A stretch of DNA of 64,000 nt from an uncultured Nitrososphaerota archaeon (GTDB lineage Archaea; Thermoproteota; EX4484-205; JAAOZO01): the NCBI GenBank assembly GCA_964408285.1, contig CAYOYV010000002.1, positions 136,194 through 200,193 of the forward strand, written 5' to 3'. How positions within the stretch are numbered: position 1 is the stretch's first letter; the number at the start of each line of letters is the position of its first letter. Below are positions 21,061-31,469 of the stretch, one piece after another. A program made the position numbers and the translations under genes. The notes beneath the pieces are model-generated. The model saw only the letters and a program-made list of their open reading frames with translations, had not been told where the DNA came from and searched no databases.

Positions 21061-21660
21061 ATGTCTGAATACGGCTTTCCCGGTGCCACTGCTTTGGGCC
21101 TGATTTACAAGGATGGCGTGATGTTAGTTGCGGATAGACGTGCTTCTTACGGCACATTCGTACTCAGCAAGAACGCTAGGAAGATCTTCAGGGTCTCGGA
21201 AAGGATTGGAATTGTCTCAGCAGGGTTCATATCCGATATGCAGACCCTAGTTAGGGAGGCACGCTACAATGCGAATATGTTCAGACTTCATAACAACAGG
21301 GAGATGAATGCGAGAGCTTTGGCCAAATTCATGTCGAATGCTCTTTTCTCCAGTCGAACGGCGCCCCTGATGACGCAAACCATAGTTGCAGGATTTGACA
21401 AGGGCGAGAAATCGGTAATAGTCCTAGATGCGTTGGGTTCTCTCATAGAGGACAGATACACTGCCGTGGGAAGTGGTTCTGAAGTTGCACTGGGAGTGCT
21501 TGAGGCCGATTACAAGGAGAACATGACATATGAAGAGGCAAAGGATTTGATTGTCAGAACTGTGAAGGCCGCTCTTGCCAGAGATTCTGCATCAGGAAAT
21601 GGCATAGATCTATTGGTGATAGATGAAAAGGGAACAAGGGAGGAGTTCATCTCTATCTGA
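21061..21660 (+). CDS. psmB: Proteasome beta subunit (no Thr1; likely non-catalytic paralog)
   Basis: PGATALG, ADRRAS, AVGSGS, RDSASG. Confidence 0.92.
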   Translation: MSEYGFPGATALGLIYKDGVMLVADRRASYGTFVLSKNARKIFRVSERIGIVSAGFISDMQTLVREARYNANMFRLHNNREMNARALAKFMSNALFSSRTAPLMTQTIVAGFDKGEKSVIVLDALGSLIEDRYTAVGSGSEVALGVLEADYKENMTYEEAKDLIVRTVKAALARDSASGNGIDLLVIDEKGTREEFISI

Positions 21661-22621
21661 GCCTGATTGGCCGGCTCAGTCTACTCAGTAGGCTTACCCT
21701 ACTATCATCATCGTGCATTATGATCGGATAACTAGATGAGGCCGAAATGGCGCCTGCGAATTGCTTTATCTCCCTATTTGAAGGCATGTTCTCTTCCTTC
21801 ATCCTTCCGACAGTCCGGCCATATCCAATCGACATTGCAGCCTTGACCTCGACGTAGGTCGGGCCATATTTGGAAATCAGGGCCGCGTAGCCATCCGGAT
21901 TCTTCATATTCATTGCTCTTGCTGTTGTTATTCTGAACACCGTCGGGCATGAGAAGGAGCCGGTCAATTCAAGGGATTGAAGCAGCAATGAGTATCTCGT
22001 ATTGGCATTCGGTCTGCACACTTTCAGATATGTGCTCTCATCAGGAGCTCCAACAGTGATGTAGAGCTGGGTCGGTTCGACATCCAGGCTGGAAAGCATG
22101 CTTGGATGTGTCCCATTCGTCACGAGCAATACCGTGAAGGACTTCTCTTTGTATATCGAGATCAGTTCGCCCAACTTCGGATAAAGTGTCGGTTCTCCGG
22201 AAAGTGAAATCGCAACCTGATTTGGATTGACAGCTTCCCTATATTTGCGCCTGTCGACCAAGCCCTTCATGACGAGATCATTATAGCCGCTCAGGATCCT
22301 TCGTTGTTCGTGAATCGACTGCTCCACGATGAGCTCAGGCTCGTCGATTTGTCGCATCTTGCTTTCGTCGAAGGAGAGACCTAATTCCTCGGGCATGACC
22401 CTCCAGCACCACAGACAGGCTTGATTGCAATAGGTCACCGCAGGCGACATCTGCACGCAGCGATGGGAAGGTATGCCGTAGAACTTCTGTTTGTAGCAAG
22501 TGCGATTCCTGACCAAACTCTCATGTGTCCATTTACATTTCTTGACGCCACTGTGCCTGCCTATTATATGGTACTTCTGATTCCTGAGGATCTTCGCAAG
22601 CGATTCAGGGATTTCGGACAA
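21653..22621 (-). CDS. taw1: 4-demethylwyosine synthase (radical SAM)
   Basis: HSGVKKCKWT, CYKQKFYGI, CNQACLWCWR, SGEPTLY. Confidence 0.95.
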   Translation of the reverse strand: MSEIPESLAKILRNQKYHIIGRHSGVKKCKWTHESLVRNRTCYKQKFYGIPSHRCVQMSPAVTYCNQACLWCWRVMPEELGLSFDESKMRQIDEPELIVEQSIHEQRRILSGYNDLVMKGLVDRRKYREAVNPNQVAISLSGEPTLYPKLGELISIYKEKSFTVLLVTNGTHPSMLSSLDVEPTQLYITVGAPDESTYLKVCRPNANTRYSLLLQSLELTGSFSCPTVFRITTARAMNMKNPDGYAALISKYGPTYVEVKAAMSIGYGRTVGRMKEENMPSNREIKQFAGAISASSSYPIIMHDDDSRVSLLSRLSRPIRLR

Positions 22622-22695
22622 TCTGCTGTGGCAACGGCTAGATCAAGGATAAAGAAATTCGTTTCGAGGCCTCGAATCTTACGCGCCGTGCATGC

Positions 22696-24198
22696 TCAAT
22701 CAGCGCCAATGCGTTCCCACACGGGCGGAATTCTGCCTTTGCCTTCTGGTCCTAGGATGACTGGAGCTATGCCAGCTATTTCGCAGAAATAGGTGAGAGG
22801 TCTGACCCTATTGCCTATGATTCCAAGGACATGATTTGAAGGGAACGTGCTGAGAAATTCATCGAAGCCGCAATGAAGCCTCACATGTACATGTGGCCAT
22901 GTTGGATTTGTCTGGTCGTTTAATTCCTTACGCTGCTCGGGCGGAAGGTCAAGACTCTCACCAAGCGCAATGACCATGTACGGTCGATCATTCCAGATCC
23001 CCATCCTGGCAAATGTCATTTCGCCTGGCGCTGCATCGAACTCAACTGATGCGCCTCCAGCTTTGAAGTAGAATTCCAGAGCAGGATGGAATGTGATCTT
23101 CCTGAAGTTTTCCTTTGGGTCCATGCTCCTAGAGGCATACCAGCTAGAGTGATTTCCTGAATTGCACCAATCCCATATGTTCTTGTCAGGGTGATAAAGA
23201 CGGACGTCCATGAAAAGTGTTGGCAGCCCTCCACTGATGTATTTCAAGATCTGCATTGTTATGGCAGCGAACGAATCTGCCTCTGTCGCGCAGACCGTGG
23301 GCTCCTTTGGTCCATTCCAGTCATACGGATCGTTCATGATCATCTCAGGGACATCCCCAAGACAAACATACTCTGTCAGTTCCCTCTGCCCCTTTAGACC
23401 GCAGAAGTCGAATCCCTTCTCCCTGTTGACTTCCTTCATGGCGAGATATAGGCGGATCTGGTTCTTCAAGGTCTCTGGCGTCAGCATCCTCCCGTCGTAT
23501 CTTATCCTGTCTCCGAGCAGTCTGCCGAACCAACCAAAGCCCTTCTCTACCTCTTCATCGTCAATTTCTTCCATCCTTTTCACCAGTAGCAACTGGTCTA
23601 TCTGACGCACCGTTACGCCTAGCGTCTTGAGAACAGGAACAAGATGGTGATAGCCCGTTTCCATGCCCATTGAGTGCCCTCCATACATGCCGTAAACCTC
23701 ATTTCTCATGGTGGTTAGAGCCTCTGAGGCGCGGATCCAGTCAAAGACCTGCTGCTGGGTGGCTGGATCGTCCATGTCTCCGACTATACGGTGGGTCCTC
23801 ATTCCGGCTTGACGTAATGCACCGTCCGTCGCAAGGAGCCCCACGTTGCCAGGGAATTTCCCGCTGTTGTTCGAAAGGCTCAGAATTGGCTTGTCTCTGC
23901 CCACGCTGTTCACGAATGGCCACACAAGAAATGGAAAGTTCCAGACGAAATAGCACATTACTATCTGCTTGCAGTTAGCCCTCGACAATTCCTCTCCTAC
24001 CTTCTGCGCCACCCTTGCGGAGGTTATGATCTCGGAACCTGTGATCACATCGGCTGATGTTCCGTCGAGGTTCTTGATTCCTTGTCTTATTATTCCAGCC
24101 CATCGTTGCACGACCTTCATGCACTCTGGGTTGTTTTTCGTATATACGTGCTCCCTTTCGTCATTCAGCAACACAATTCCAATTGGTGTAGATTTCAT
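22696..24198 (-). CDS. L-fucose/D-arabinose isomerase family protein
   Basis: SMGMETG, GLKGQREL, ATEAD, CNSG, PTWPH, PSNH. Confidence 0.85.
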   Translation of the reverse strand: MKSTPIGIVLLNDEREHVYTKNNPECMKVVQRWAGIIRQGIKNLDGTSADVITGSEIITSARVAQKVGEELSRANCKQIVMCYFVWNFPFLVWPFVNSVGRDKPILSLSNNSGKFPGNVGLLATDGALRQAGMRTHRIVGDMDDPATQQQVFDWIRASEALTTMRNEVYGMYGGHSMGMETGYHHLVPVLKTLGVTVRQIDQLLLVKRMEEIDDEEVEKGFGWFGRLLGDRIRYDGRMLTPETLKNQIRLYLAMKEVNREKGFDFCGLKGQRELTEYVCLGDVPEMIMNDPYDWNGPKEPTVCATEADSFAAITMQILKYISGGLPTLFMDVRLYHPDKNIWDWCNSGNHSSWYASRSMDPKENFRKITFHPALEFYFKAGGASVEFDAAPGEMTFARMGIWNDRPYMVIALGESLDLPPEQRKELNDQTNPTWPHVHVRLHCGFDEFLSTFPSNHVLGIIGNRVRPLTYFCEIAGIAPVILGPEGKGRIPPVWERIGAD

Positions 24199-24370
24199 CG
24201 TCCTTCCCTCATTCCAGGTGAAGAAAGCACGCAGAAGCAATTTGAATCTTTTCGGGCACAGTAAGATGACGAGGGATGTAGCGCGCTGTCCTGTTTAGCC
24301 AGATGCTCTCGAGCCTCTTCAGGATGCAGAAAGTGCTTTAACTTCCCAGAATGTCAGACTGTGCAATAGA

Positions 24371-25375
24371 ATGACGGTCGGGGTTGGCATAGTCGGGGCT
24401 GGATTCATGGGCACTACGCATTCAAAGGCATACAGTCAAATTCCTAATGCGAAGGTCGTGGGCGTGGCCGATCTGGAGTTGGAAAGGGCAGCTGGATTGG
24501 CCCAGAGCTGGCAATGTCCGTCATACGATTCCATCCAAGGGTTATTGAGGAATCCGAATGTGCAACTCATTGATGTAACGCTCCCGACTCCATTGCATTG
24601 TGACGCCGTGGTGCAGGCAGCGGAGGGAGGTAAGCACGTGATCTGTGAGAAGCCAATCGCTCTGACATTGGCTGATGCGGACAGGATGATCAAGGCTGCG
24701 AGGCAAAACAAAGTTGAACTCATGGTCGCGCATGTCATCAGGTTCTGGCAAGAATGGGCATTGCTTGCTGAGAAGGTAAAGACAAGGGATTTCGGGCGCG
24801 TGATGGCGATTAGCTGCCTGAGGCTCTCTGAAGAGCCAAAATGGGGCTGGAAGGGCTGGTTGCTGGACGGGAAGAAGAGTGGAGGCGCCATCATAGACCT
24901 ACACATCCATGACACGGATTTCATCTGCCATCTCTTGGGAAGGCCGAAGGCGGTGACTTCGATGGGAGATCCAAACCATATTCTCACGATCTACGACTAT
25001 GGGAGGAGCCTTGTAGCCTCGGCTGAAGGAGGCTGGTTCCATTTGAAGGGCTATCCATTCGTAATGGCCTATGAGTGCTATCTTGAGAAGGCCACATTCA
25101 AATATTCCTCAGATCGCACCCCAACTTTGACGATCTTCCAACCGGAAAATGAACCGTACAGTCCGGAGTTCCTGAGCATTGCCAAGGACTCTGGGGTCTC
25201 GACGGGCAACATAGCTGAGCTCGGAGGATATTACGAGGAGCTGAAATATTTCATCGAGTGCATCGATGCCGGTAAGAAACCTGACAGGATAAGACCACAG
25301 GATGCCAGACAGTCCTTGGAGATCTGTCTTGCTGAATTCAAAAGCCTGAGAACAGGGCGAAAGGTGGGGCTCTAG
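24371..25375 (+). CDS. Gfo/Idh/MocA family oxidoreductase
   Basis: GAGFMG, CEKP, DLHIHD. Confidence 0.92.
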   Translation: MTVGVGIVGAGFMGTTHSKAYSQIPNAKVVGVADLELERAAGLAQSWQCPSYDSIQGLLRNPNVQLIDVTLPTPLHCDAVVQAAEGGKHVICEKPIALTLADADRMIKAARQNKVELMVAHVIRFWQEWALLAEKVKTRDFGRVMAISCLRLSEEPKWGWKGWLLDGKKSGGAIIDLHIHDTDFICHLLGRPKAVTSMGDPNHILTIYDYGRSLVASAEGGWFHLKGYPFVMAYECYLEKATFKYSSDRTPTLTIFQPENEPYSPEFLSIAKDSGVSTGNIAELGGYYEELKYFIECIDAGKKPDRIRPQDARQSLEICLAEFKSLRTGRKVGL

Positions 25376-25497
25376 AAGGATTCCGCGCACGACGCTCCAG
25401 GGCAAATTCTGCCGGATCCATGCGCCAACAGAAGAATGAGAGCAAGTGGCAGCCAAGTAACATTTATATAGGTAACCATTGAGGTATGTAACAACAA

Positions 25498-25953
25498 ATG
25501 TCGCATGTAACAACGAATGGTAGCTGCTGCGAAGGCGATTCGGTTCCCCAGCATGAAGAGTGTGGCAAGCCTCATCACGAGGCAGGTCATCGCTGTGTAT
25601 ATGTTCGCGTAAAACATTACCCAGAAAGGGGATGGATTCAGTTTCTCATTCTCAGGATACTGTATGAGAAACCCATGCATGGCTACCAGCTACTGGAGGA
25701 AATCGAAAGCCGAAGCCAAGGATACCACAGGTTGATGCCTGGGGCGATCTACACAATTCTAAGAAGGATGGAAGCGAACGAATTGCTTAGGTCGGAATGG
25801 GAGAAGGTCGAGTCAGGACCAGACAGGAGAGTCTACAGGCTGACCGACAAGGGCGTTATGATGCTCAAGAGCGGATTGGAGGCAATAATCAGGAGGCAGA
25901 AACTCACCGAGGATTTGGTCAAATTTTACGACGAAAAATTCAGGGGGAAATAG
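25498..25953 (+). CDS. PadR family regulator with Cys/His-rich N-terminus
   Basis: PMHGYQL, GAIYTILRRME, RRVYRLT. Confidence 0.88.
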   Translation: MSHVTTNGSCCEGDSVPQHEECGKPHHEAGHRCVYVRVKHYPERGWIQFLILRILYEKPMHGYQLLEEIESRSQGYHRLMPGAIYTILRRMEANELLRSEWEKVESGPDRRVYRLTDKGVMMLKSGLEAIIRRQKLTEDLVKFYDEKFRGK

Positions 25954-25954
25954 G

Positions 25955-26128
25955 ATGAAGATCGTGATGTGTGATTCATGCTGTTGTTCTTACGACACGG
26001 GTCTAAGTTGTGAATGTGACGAACTGGACTTGGACAACCTCGAGATCCTCCCTCCAGAACTCACCCGGGATTCGTTCGACGATGAATTCGCTGATTCGCT
26101 ATTCATTCCAACTCCAGAAGAAGCATGA
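25955..26128 (+). CDS. Putative 57-aa Cys-rich acidic peptide
   Basis: Hand translation MKIVMCDSCCCSYDTGLSCECDEL...EEA*, starts 1 nt after padR stop; not in ORF track. Confidence 0.5.
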   Translation: MKIVMCDSCCCSYDTGLSCECDELDLDNLEILPPELTRDSFDDEFADSLFIPTPEEA

Positions 26129-26328
26129 GCATGGGACGGCACCAGAGAGCGGAAACCTTGTTTGCGCTTTCTCCCAAGACCCGCTCTTGAATCCAAGCCT
26201 GTTTGGCCATGATGGCGTATGATCTAGGCGGCATGCCTGCTCTTCTTCCAGTCACACTAATAGCTGGATCCTTCTGACCGACCAGGATCAGATGGGCTGA
26301 ACATGTCACTTCGCCTGTCGGGGAATTC

Positions 26329-27081
26329 TCACGGCTCAAGTTTCTGCATCAGGACTATGTTCTCTCTTTCATTTTCTTTCAACGGGGCCCATGACAGGTG
26401 TTTGAAAAACCCTACGAATCTGAAAAGCCCGCTCAGATCAACCAGAGACTTCATCTCCTGAGGGCAGAAATCCTTTGAGGCCAAGTGTGACGTGAGTGTC
26501 CTCTTAATCCCGCGATCGTTCACCTCCAAAATCAACCTCTCCTCTGATATCTGCTCAATCGGATTCAGAGGAATTGCCTCGAAGGTTGTCTTTACCTCTA
26601 CATCTCCTCTCCTCATGGTCCACTCTTCCTTTCCATGGGATGATGGATCCAATGCGACATTTTCCAATAGGTAGACGCCCTTCTGATTCAACGAATTCGC
26701 AACACATCGCAGATGCTTGAGGAACTCCTCATTGGAATTGACAAAGAGCGAACCGGATAGGACAAAGGCAAAATCACATTTTCTGCTAAGCGAGAAGTCC
26801 CTCATGTCAGCCTGAAGAGTTTCTATCGCCAATCCCTCTTCTGATGCTTTCTGATGCAAATACTGGAGCATCATTGGACTATTATCTAGGCCTACTCCTT
26901 CGTATCCTCTCCTTGCGATCTCCCTCAGCTGTATGCTTGGGCCACAGCCTATGTCAAGGAATCTCTTTGCCCGTTTTCCTGTCAATTTGAGTGCGACATC
27001 CTCAAAGAAATTTACCTGACGCCTGACATCCTGATATCCAAAGGCGATTTCGTAGTATTGCGGATTATCATACACGCTCAT
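26329..27081 (-). CDS. Class I SAM-dependent methyltransferase
   Basis: LDIGCGP, GLDNS, ADMRDF. Confidence 0.9.
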   Translation of the reverse strand: MSVYDNPQYYEIAFGYQDVRRQVNFFEDVALKLTGKRAKRFLDIGCGPSIQLREIARRGYEGVGLDNSPMMLQYLHQKASEEGLAIETLQADMRDFSLSRKCDFAFVLSGSLFVNSNEEFLKHLRCVANSLNQKGVYLLENVALDPSSHGKEEWTMRRGDVEVKTTFEAIPLNPIEQISEERLILEVNDRGIKRTLTSHLASKDFCPQEMKSLVDLSGLFRFVGFFKHLSWAPLKENERENIVLMQKLEP

Positions 27082-27162
27082 TTGTGATGATGCTTCGAAT
27101 CAGGAGGCTATAAACGCTGTTAGGCCTCGGATATCTTATATTAGGCTAGTCGGTAGCCTGCC

Positions 27163-29118
27163 CTATTTCTCGGCAGGGAACATCTCTGACTGAAGCTCTT
27201 CGATCTTTCCGCTCAATTCCTTGGCCCTAGTCGAGTCGAATAGAGTTCCTCTGAGTATGCGGAGGGCAAAGACGGAGGCAATCCAACTGTTCATCCAGCC
27301 GGACTCTACACACCATGCTCCCCATCCAAGATCCGAGGAGCTACCCCAATACTCCCATTTGTCGTAATCGAAGCTTCTCATCCAGCAGCCGTTCAGATAC
27401 CGATGTCTCTCAGAACTCACCTGTATCCTTGAAAGAAAGCCCGCCAATCTGTCCTCTGCCCTTCTGATGTTCGGATCATGGGAAGCGGACGCCAGCTCAT
27501 GTAGTCCGAGGAATGTGAAATTCGCAGTGTACAGTAGATCTGAGGCCGGGTCCCCATTCTCCTGTATGACCGGGGCTTCCGTCGTTGCATAGGCCTCATT
27601 TGAGTTTGGCGGCGGATAGTGTCCATCCTTTGGATCTCCCACTTTCTCAGCAATCGCACCGCAAGGTTGTTGCTGTTCTAGCACGTAATCTGATATGGTT
27701 CCTATCCATTTTCGATACTCTGCTTTCTGTTCTGTCCGGATCAGAAACGCTAGAGGAAGGAGCATCCTTCCCATCTCCTGTGAAATACCATTCGACCATC
27801 TCCATTTGGGACAGACCTCCATCGTCATTCTGATGGCATTCACCGTTCGTCTCAGGAAGAGGTCCTTGCCCGTTAGCAAGAAGGCCCATAGGAAACAAGC
27901 CCAAAGGAACGCCTGATAGTGAGGCGTGTATGAAATCGTGTCTTTGTTGTAGTAGTAAGCCCATCCATTCTTGATCAGGTCCGGCATATCAATTCTGTCC
28001 TGTCTGAATCCCAAGGCGCCCGTTGTTCTCAGATTTGCGAGTAAGGCCATTGCTACATGTCTGTCCCATTTGTCATCCTTCAGGATCTGGATGGCTGAGA
28101 GTGTCGGGAGGATGACCCTTGCGTTGTCGTCTCCGTAAAACACGCCGAGTCCCTTGGCCCAATCAACAAGGCCATAGGCTGGGCTCGTCGGATCAGAATA
28201 CTGAAAAGACCAAGTGTAGTCCAGAAGGCCTTCAGCGATTCTCTTGCTCCTTGGATTCCGTGTCGCCTGCCAATCGAGGGCAAAAATAAGTGCGGCTTCG
28301 GCCAAGCAGTCCATGCGGATATAAGGCCTAGCCAGTTGATCTCCTTCGAAGTCTATGCCTGATTGATAGCCCTCTATGACTCCTCGGTCCTTGTCCAATG
28401 CGAATAGGGCGTTTTTGGAGAACCACTCAACAGATTTTCCAAAGGCTTTGTTCTCCGCATCCGGTGGAAGTCCCTCATCCTTGCTAAACGCAGTGTTCAC
28501 CGTGGGATTCCATGAAATGGATATCTCATCCCCATTAGTGAGCCATCTGAGCAGTGTCTGCAATACCAACTTCCAAGAGTTGATTGGAGCATAACGTCCT
28601 TTCCTGAATTGGCTGAGCTTGCTTGTAGCCACGATTGCGAAATCCGAATAGCTTAGTAGAATTGGATGAATCTGGTTCGGCAGTCCGTATACTGCCTTAT
28701 CATATCCAGCGACTCGCGCAAGAACAAGGTGATGGTCTCTGGCTTCGGTCGGCAGAAACCAGCAGCCATGCATCGTGAGGATGGTCATTGGAGGAAGTCT
28801 TGGGCCAAACAAGTCAGATGTCACTACGAGGCGTTCCCACTCCGCTGTCCTAGGTTCAGCGAATTCCATGTTGGGAATCGAAAGCGGGTATTCCAGGTAC
28901 AACTTCAGATCCTTTTGTCTTGCAGTTTCGAGCATGCTCTCATTTATGGTGAGCTTTGGGATCGGGTAGGTGTCGGCCAATGCCAGTACTACGTTCTCAC
29001 TCCTTGCCAGGCTAATCGCTGTCTCTATCCGGTCGAAACGCAGAACTGACACTCCACAATTTATCGCGGCTTCGTAGAGATCGTTGTCTTCGGAGCAACA
29101 GAAGATAAGCTGCTTCAT
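27163..29118 (-). CDS. Conserved hypothetical protein, possible (alpha/alpha)-barrel enzyme
   Basis: Long ORF; YGDDNAR, DLLYT, WGAWCVESGW; start placed at MKQLIF. Confidence 0.65.
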   Translation of the reverse strand: MKQLIFCCSEDNDLYEAAINCGVSVLRFDRIETAISLARSENVVLALADTYPIPKLTINESMLETARQKDLKLYLEYPLSIPNMEFAEPRTAEWERLVVTSDLFGPRLPPMTILTMHGCWFLPTEARDHHLVLARVAGYDKAVYGLPNQIHPILLSYSDFAIVATSKLSQFRKGRYAPINSWKLVLQTLLRWLTNGDEISISWNPTVNTAFSKDEGLPPDAENKAFGKSVEWFSKNALFALDKDRGVIEGYQSGIDFEGDQLARPYIRMDCLAEAALIFALDWQATRNPRSKRIAEGLLDYTWSFQYSDPTSPAYGLVDWAKGLGVFYGDDNARVILPTLSAIQILKDDKWDRHVAMALLANLRTTGALGFRQDRIDMPDLIKNGWAYYYNKDTISYTPHYQAFLWACFLWAFLLTGKDLFLRRTVNAIRMTMEVCPKWRWSNGISQEMGRMLLPLAFLIRTEQKAEYRKWIGTISDYVLEQQQPCGAIAEKVGDPKDGHYPPPNSNEAYATTEAPVIQENGDPASDLLYTANFTFLGLHELASASHDPNIRRAEDRLAGFLSRIQVSSERHRYLNGCWMRSFDYDKWEYWGSSSDLGWGAWCVESGWMNSWIASVFALRILRGTLFDSTRAKELSGKIEELQSEMFPAEK

Positions 29119-29192
29119 TGGAGGATTCGCTCTTGGTCTTCTAATTAAGCTTTCAAGTTGATTTACTCGTTTCAGGGGAGATAGAACCAATG

Positions 29193-30656
29193 TCAGAGAG
29201 CCTTTAGAAATCCCTCGATGTTGTTCCTGATCGATTGAACCAAAGGATTTCCCAATCTCTCCGGGGCCTCCAACTTCTCCAGCTGTTCCACCCTGAAATA
29301 GATTGGCGGGTGGGGATCCCATCCAATCCATTCCATGATTCTGAACGAGGGGCTTCGCTCCAGCTGTAGCCTATGAAAACCTATCTTCCTTAGAGCCTGA
29401 GCAAGAATCCTCGGTTGCCCTAAAACCTTCGCCGCTTCAAGATCCGATTTCCCCTCGAAGAACTTGGCGATGAAATAGACAAGACCCAGAGAAATGAAGA
29501 GGTAGAAGAATCCCAGATACATAACAAGGGGCCAGATCAGATATGCCCTTATCAGATACTCAAGTGATGTGAGAGCGAAGAAGACAAGTGTGTCCCTGCC
29601 CTTGAGATGACTGAATTCATGGCCCACTACCGTGTATATCTCATCTTCTTCGAGTTGTACGAGCAATCCCGTCGTAATCAGCATCACTCCTTGGCTTGGG
29701 CCCGGTCCCGAGGCTGCAGCATTGGGGATTGTCAAATTCTCAACGACTATTCTAGGAAGGGGGAGACCAAATTTCTCTGCTACCTTTCGGACAATGCCAT
29801 ACACGTCAATAGTCTTGGTGGACATATTCTCTGTCGAGCATTCAAGGCCGTGTTTTGAGAGTATTTCGCCTATTTCAGAGCAGTCCACTGGCTTTCCAAG
29901 TGCCAATGTCTTGTCATAGATCTCAGATTTGATTTGGATCAAGGAGACTCCTCTGAGTTTTCTCCTAAAGTCCTCCTGACCATCGAATGGCAACTGATAT
30001 GCGAACACGTGAACTCTTGGATTCTGTGGTGTGATCTGCCAATCTGCCATCCTGGCTACTATTCTGCCGGAGGCTAGGACCAACAGGAATTGGACCAGTA
30101 CAAGGACTATCGGTGCATATTGTCCCAATACTAGGAAAAGGTATACGTTAATCGCTGCAAAGAGGATGAACAGGGGAAGCATACTATCTGAGAACATGTT
30201 CCGAATGATGTTCCTCCGGGAAGCTGGTGGCTTCTCGGGCAGGATCTTCTCGCCTTCTGCCCAGGCGAAATATATCGTGGCAGTCCTTGCCTTTTCCTCA
30301 AATAGATTGACCACTATCGTCAGGTCTTCCTCAAGACGTTCGATCTCCTCTCTTGGCGTGTCTGGGTCAACATGAACCAATTGAACAAGGATCGGCCTTC
30401 CGGTGGTGATCTCCACATCAGCAAAGCCTACTCCACGGGAACCGATTGCCCTGAACGAAAGGGTGGGCTTCTTATCAACCAGTTTAAGTTCAACATTCCC
30501 AAAGCGATCCTGATCGGCAAGAAGGTATTGGTCCATGATGAACCTCAGCAAATAGCCGAAATAGCCCTCGGCAAGTTCCGTTTCGATCGTGAATGAGGAG
30601 TCGATCCTTTCGACCATTTCGCTGACCTTTGGGAACGAACTTGATGACCACTCCAT
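29193..30656 (-). CDS. M48 (HtpX-like) membrane metalloprotease
   Basis: PNAAA, GHEFSH, HPPIYFR. Confidence 0.88.
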   Translation of the reverse strand: MEWSSSSFPKVSEMVERIDSSFTIETELAEGYFGYLLRFIMDQYLLADQDRFGNVELKLVDKKPTLSFRAIGSRGVGFADVEITTGRPILVQLVHVDPDTPREEIERLEEDLTIVVNLFEEKARTATIYFAWAEGEKILPEKPPASRRNIIRNMFSDSMLPLFILFAAINVYLFLVLGQYAPIVLVLVQFLLVLASGRIVARMADWQITPQNPRVHVFAYQLPFDGQEDFRRKLRGVSLIQIKSEIYDKTLALGKPVDCSEIGEILSKHGLECSTENMSTKTIDVYGIVRKVAEKFGLPLPRIVVENLTIPNAAASGPGPSQGVMLITTGLLVQLEEDEIYTVVGHEFSHLKGRDTLVFFALTSLEYLIRAYLIWPLVMYLGFFYLFISLGLVYFIAKFFEGKSDLEAAKVLGQPRILAQALRKIGFHRLQLERSPSFRIMEWIGWDPHPPIYFRVEQLEKLEAPERLGNPLVQSIRNNIEGFLKAL

Positions 30657-30798
30657 ATAAAGGTGAATACCAACGACATCCTACAATCGGAGCATTTAGT
30701 CTGAGCTTCGCACGAGCACCCAAGAACCATGACGCTTGATGGCAATCATGCTTTTATCATGGACAGAATAGCCGTGTTCGCTCAGGAGCGATGGAGAA

Positions 30799-31434
30799 AT
30801 GCGCGAGAATTTGGCCCTAGATATAATAAGGAAAAAAAGCGAGGAATTCTTGAAGCATTCACATCATAGTCGATCACACGTGGAAAGGGTATACAATCTG
30901 GCTTTGAAGATAGGGCAAGAAGAGGGCGCCGATCTTGAAGTCGTGAAGGCAGCCGTCCTGCTCCATGATATCGCCAGAGCGATGGAAGACGAGGGAGAAA
31001 TAGATGACCACGCAACAGAAGGAGCAAAGATGGCAATGAAGATCCTAGAGGAGGCTGGTTTCCCAAAGGAGAAGATCGGAGAAGTAGTTCACTGCATAGA
31101 AGTACACAGATTCAGGAAAGGCGCCGAAGCTAAGAGTCTGGAAGCAAAAATACTGCAGGACGCGGACAGGCTTGACATCTTGGGTGCGATTGGACTTGCA
31201 AGGGTCTTTGCGCGTGGTGGTTGGGCAAATCTCCCCATTCACGATCCATCAATCCTGCCAAAGGCAAGATACGATGGCAGATCCCTCACTTCGATTAATC
31301 ACATATACGAGAAGATATTGAAGGCCAAGGAGACGATGAACACAAAGACCGCAAAACGATTGGCAGAAGGTAGGCACGAATTCGTGGAGCAGTTCATGGA
31401 GAGATTCCTCAAGGAATGGGGCGGCCAACTGTAG
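30799..31434 (+). CDS. HD domain phosphohydrolase
   Basis: HVERV, LLHDI, QDADRLD. Confidence 0.9.
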   Translation: MRENLALDIIRKKSEEFLKHSHHSRSHVERVYNLALKIGQEEGADLEVVKAAVLLHDIARAMEDEGEIDDHATEGAKMAMKILEEAGFPKEKIGEVVHCIEVHRFRKGAEAKSLEAKILQDADRLDILGAIGLARVFARGGWANLPIHDPSILPKARYDGRSLTSINHIYEKILKAKETMNTKTAKRLAEGRHEFVEQFMERFLKEWGGQL

Positions 31435-31469
31435 CTTTCCGTCTGCTATCCTAGACAGCACATTCCTGT

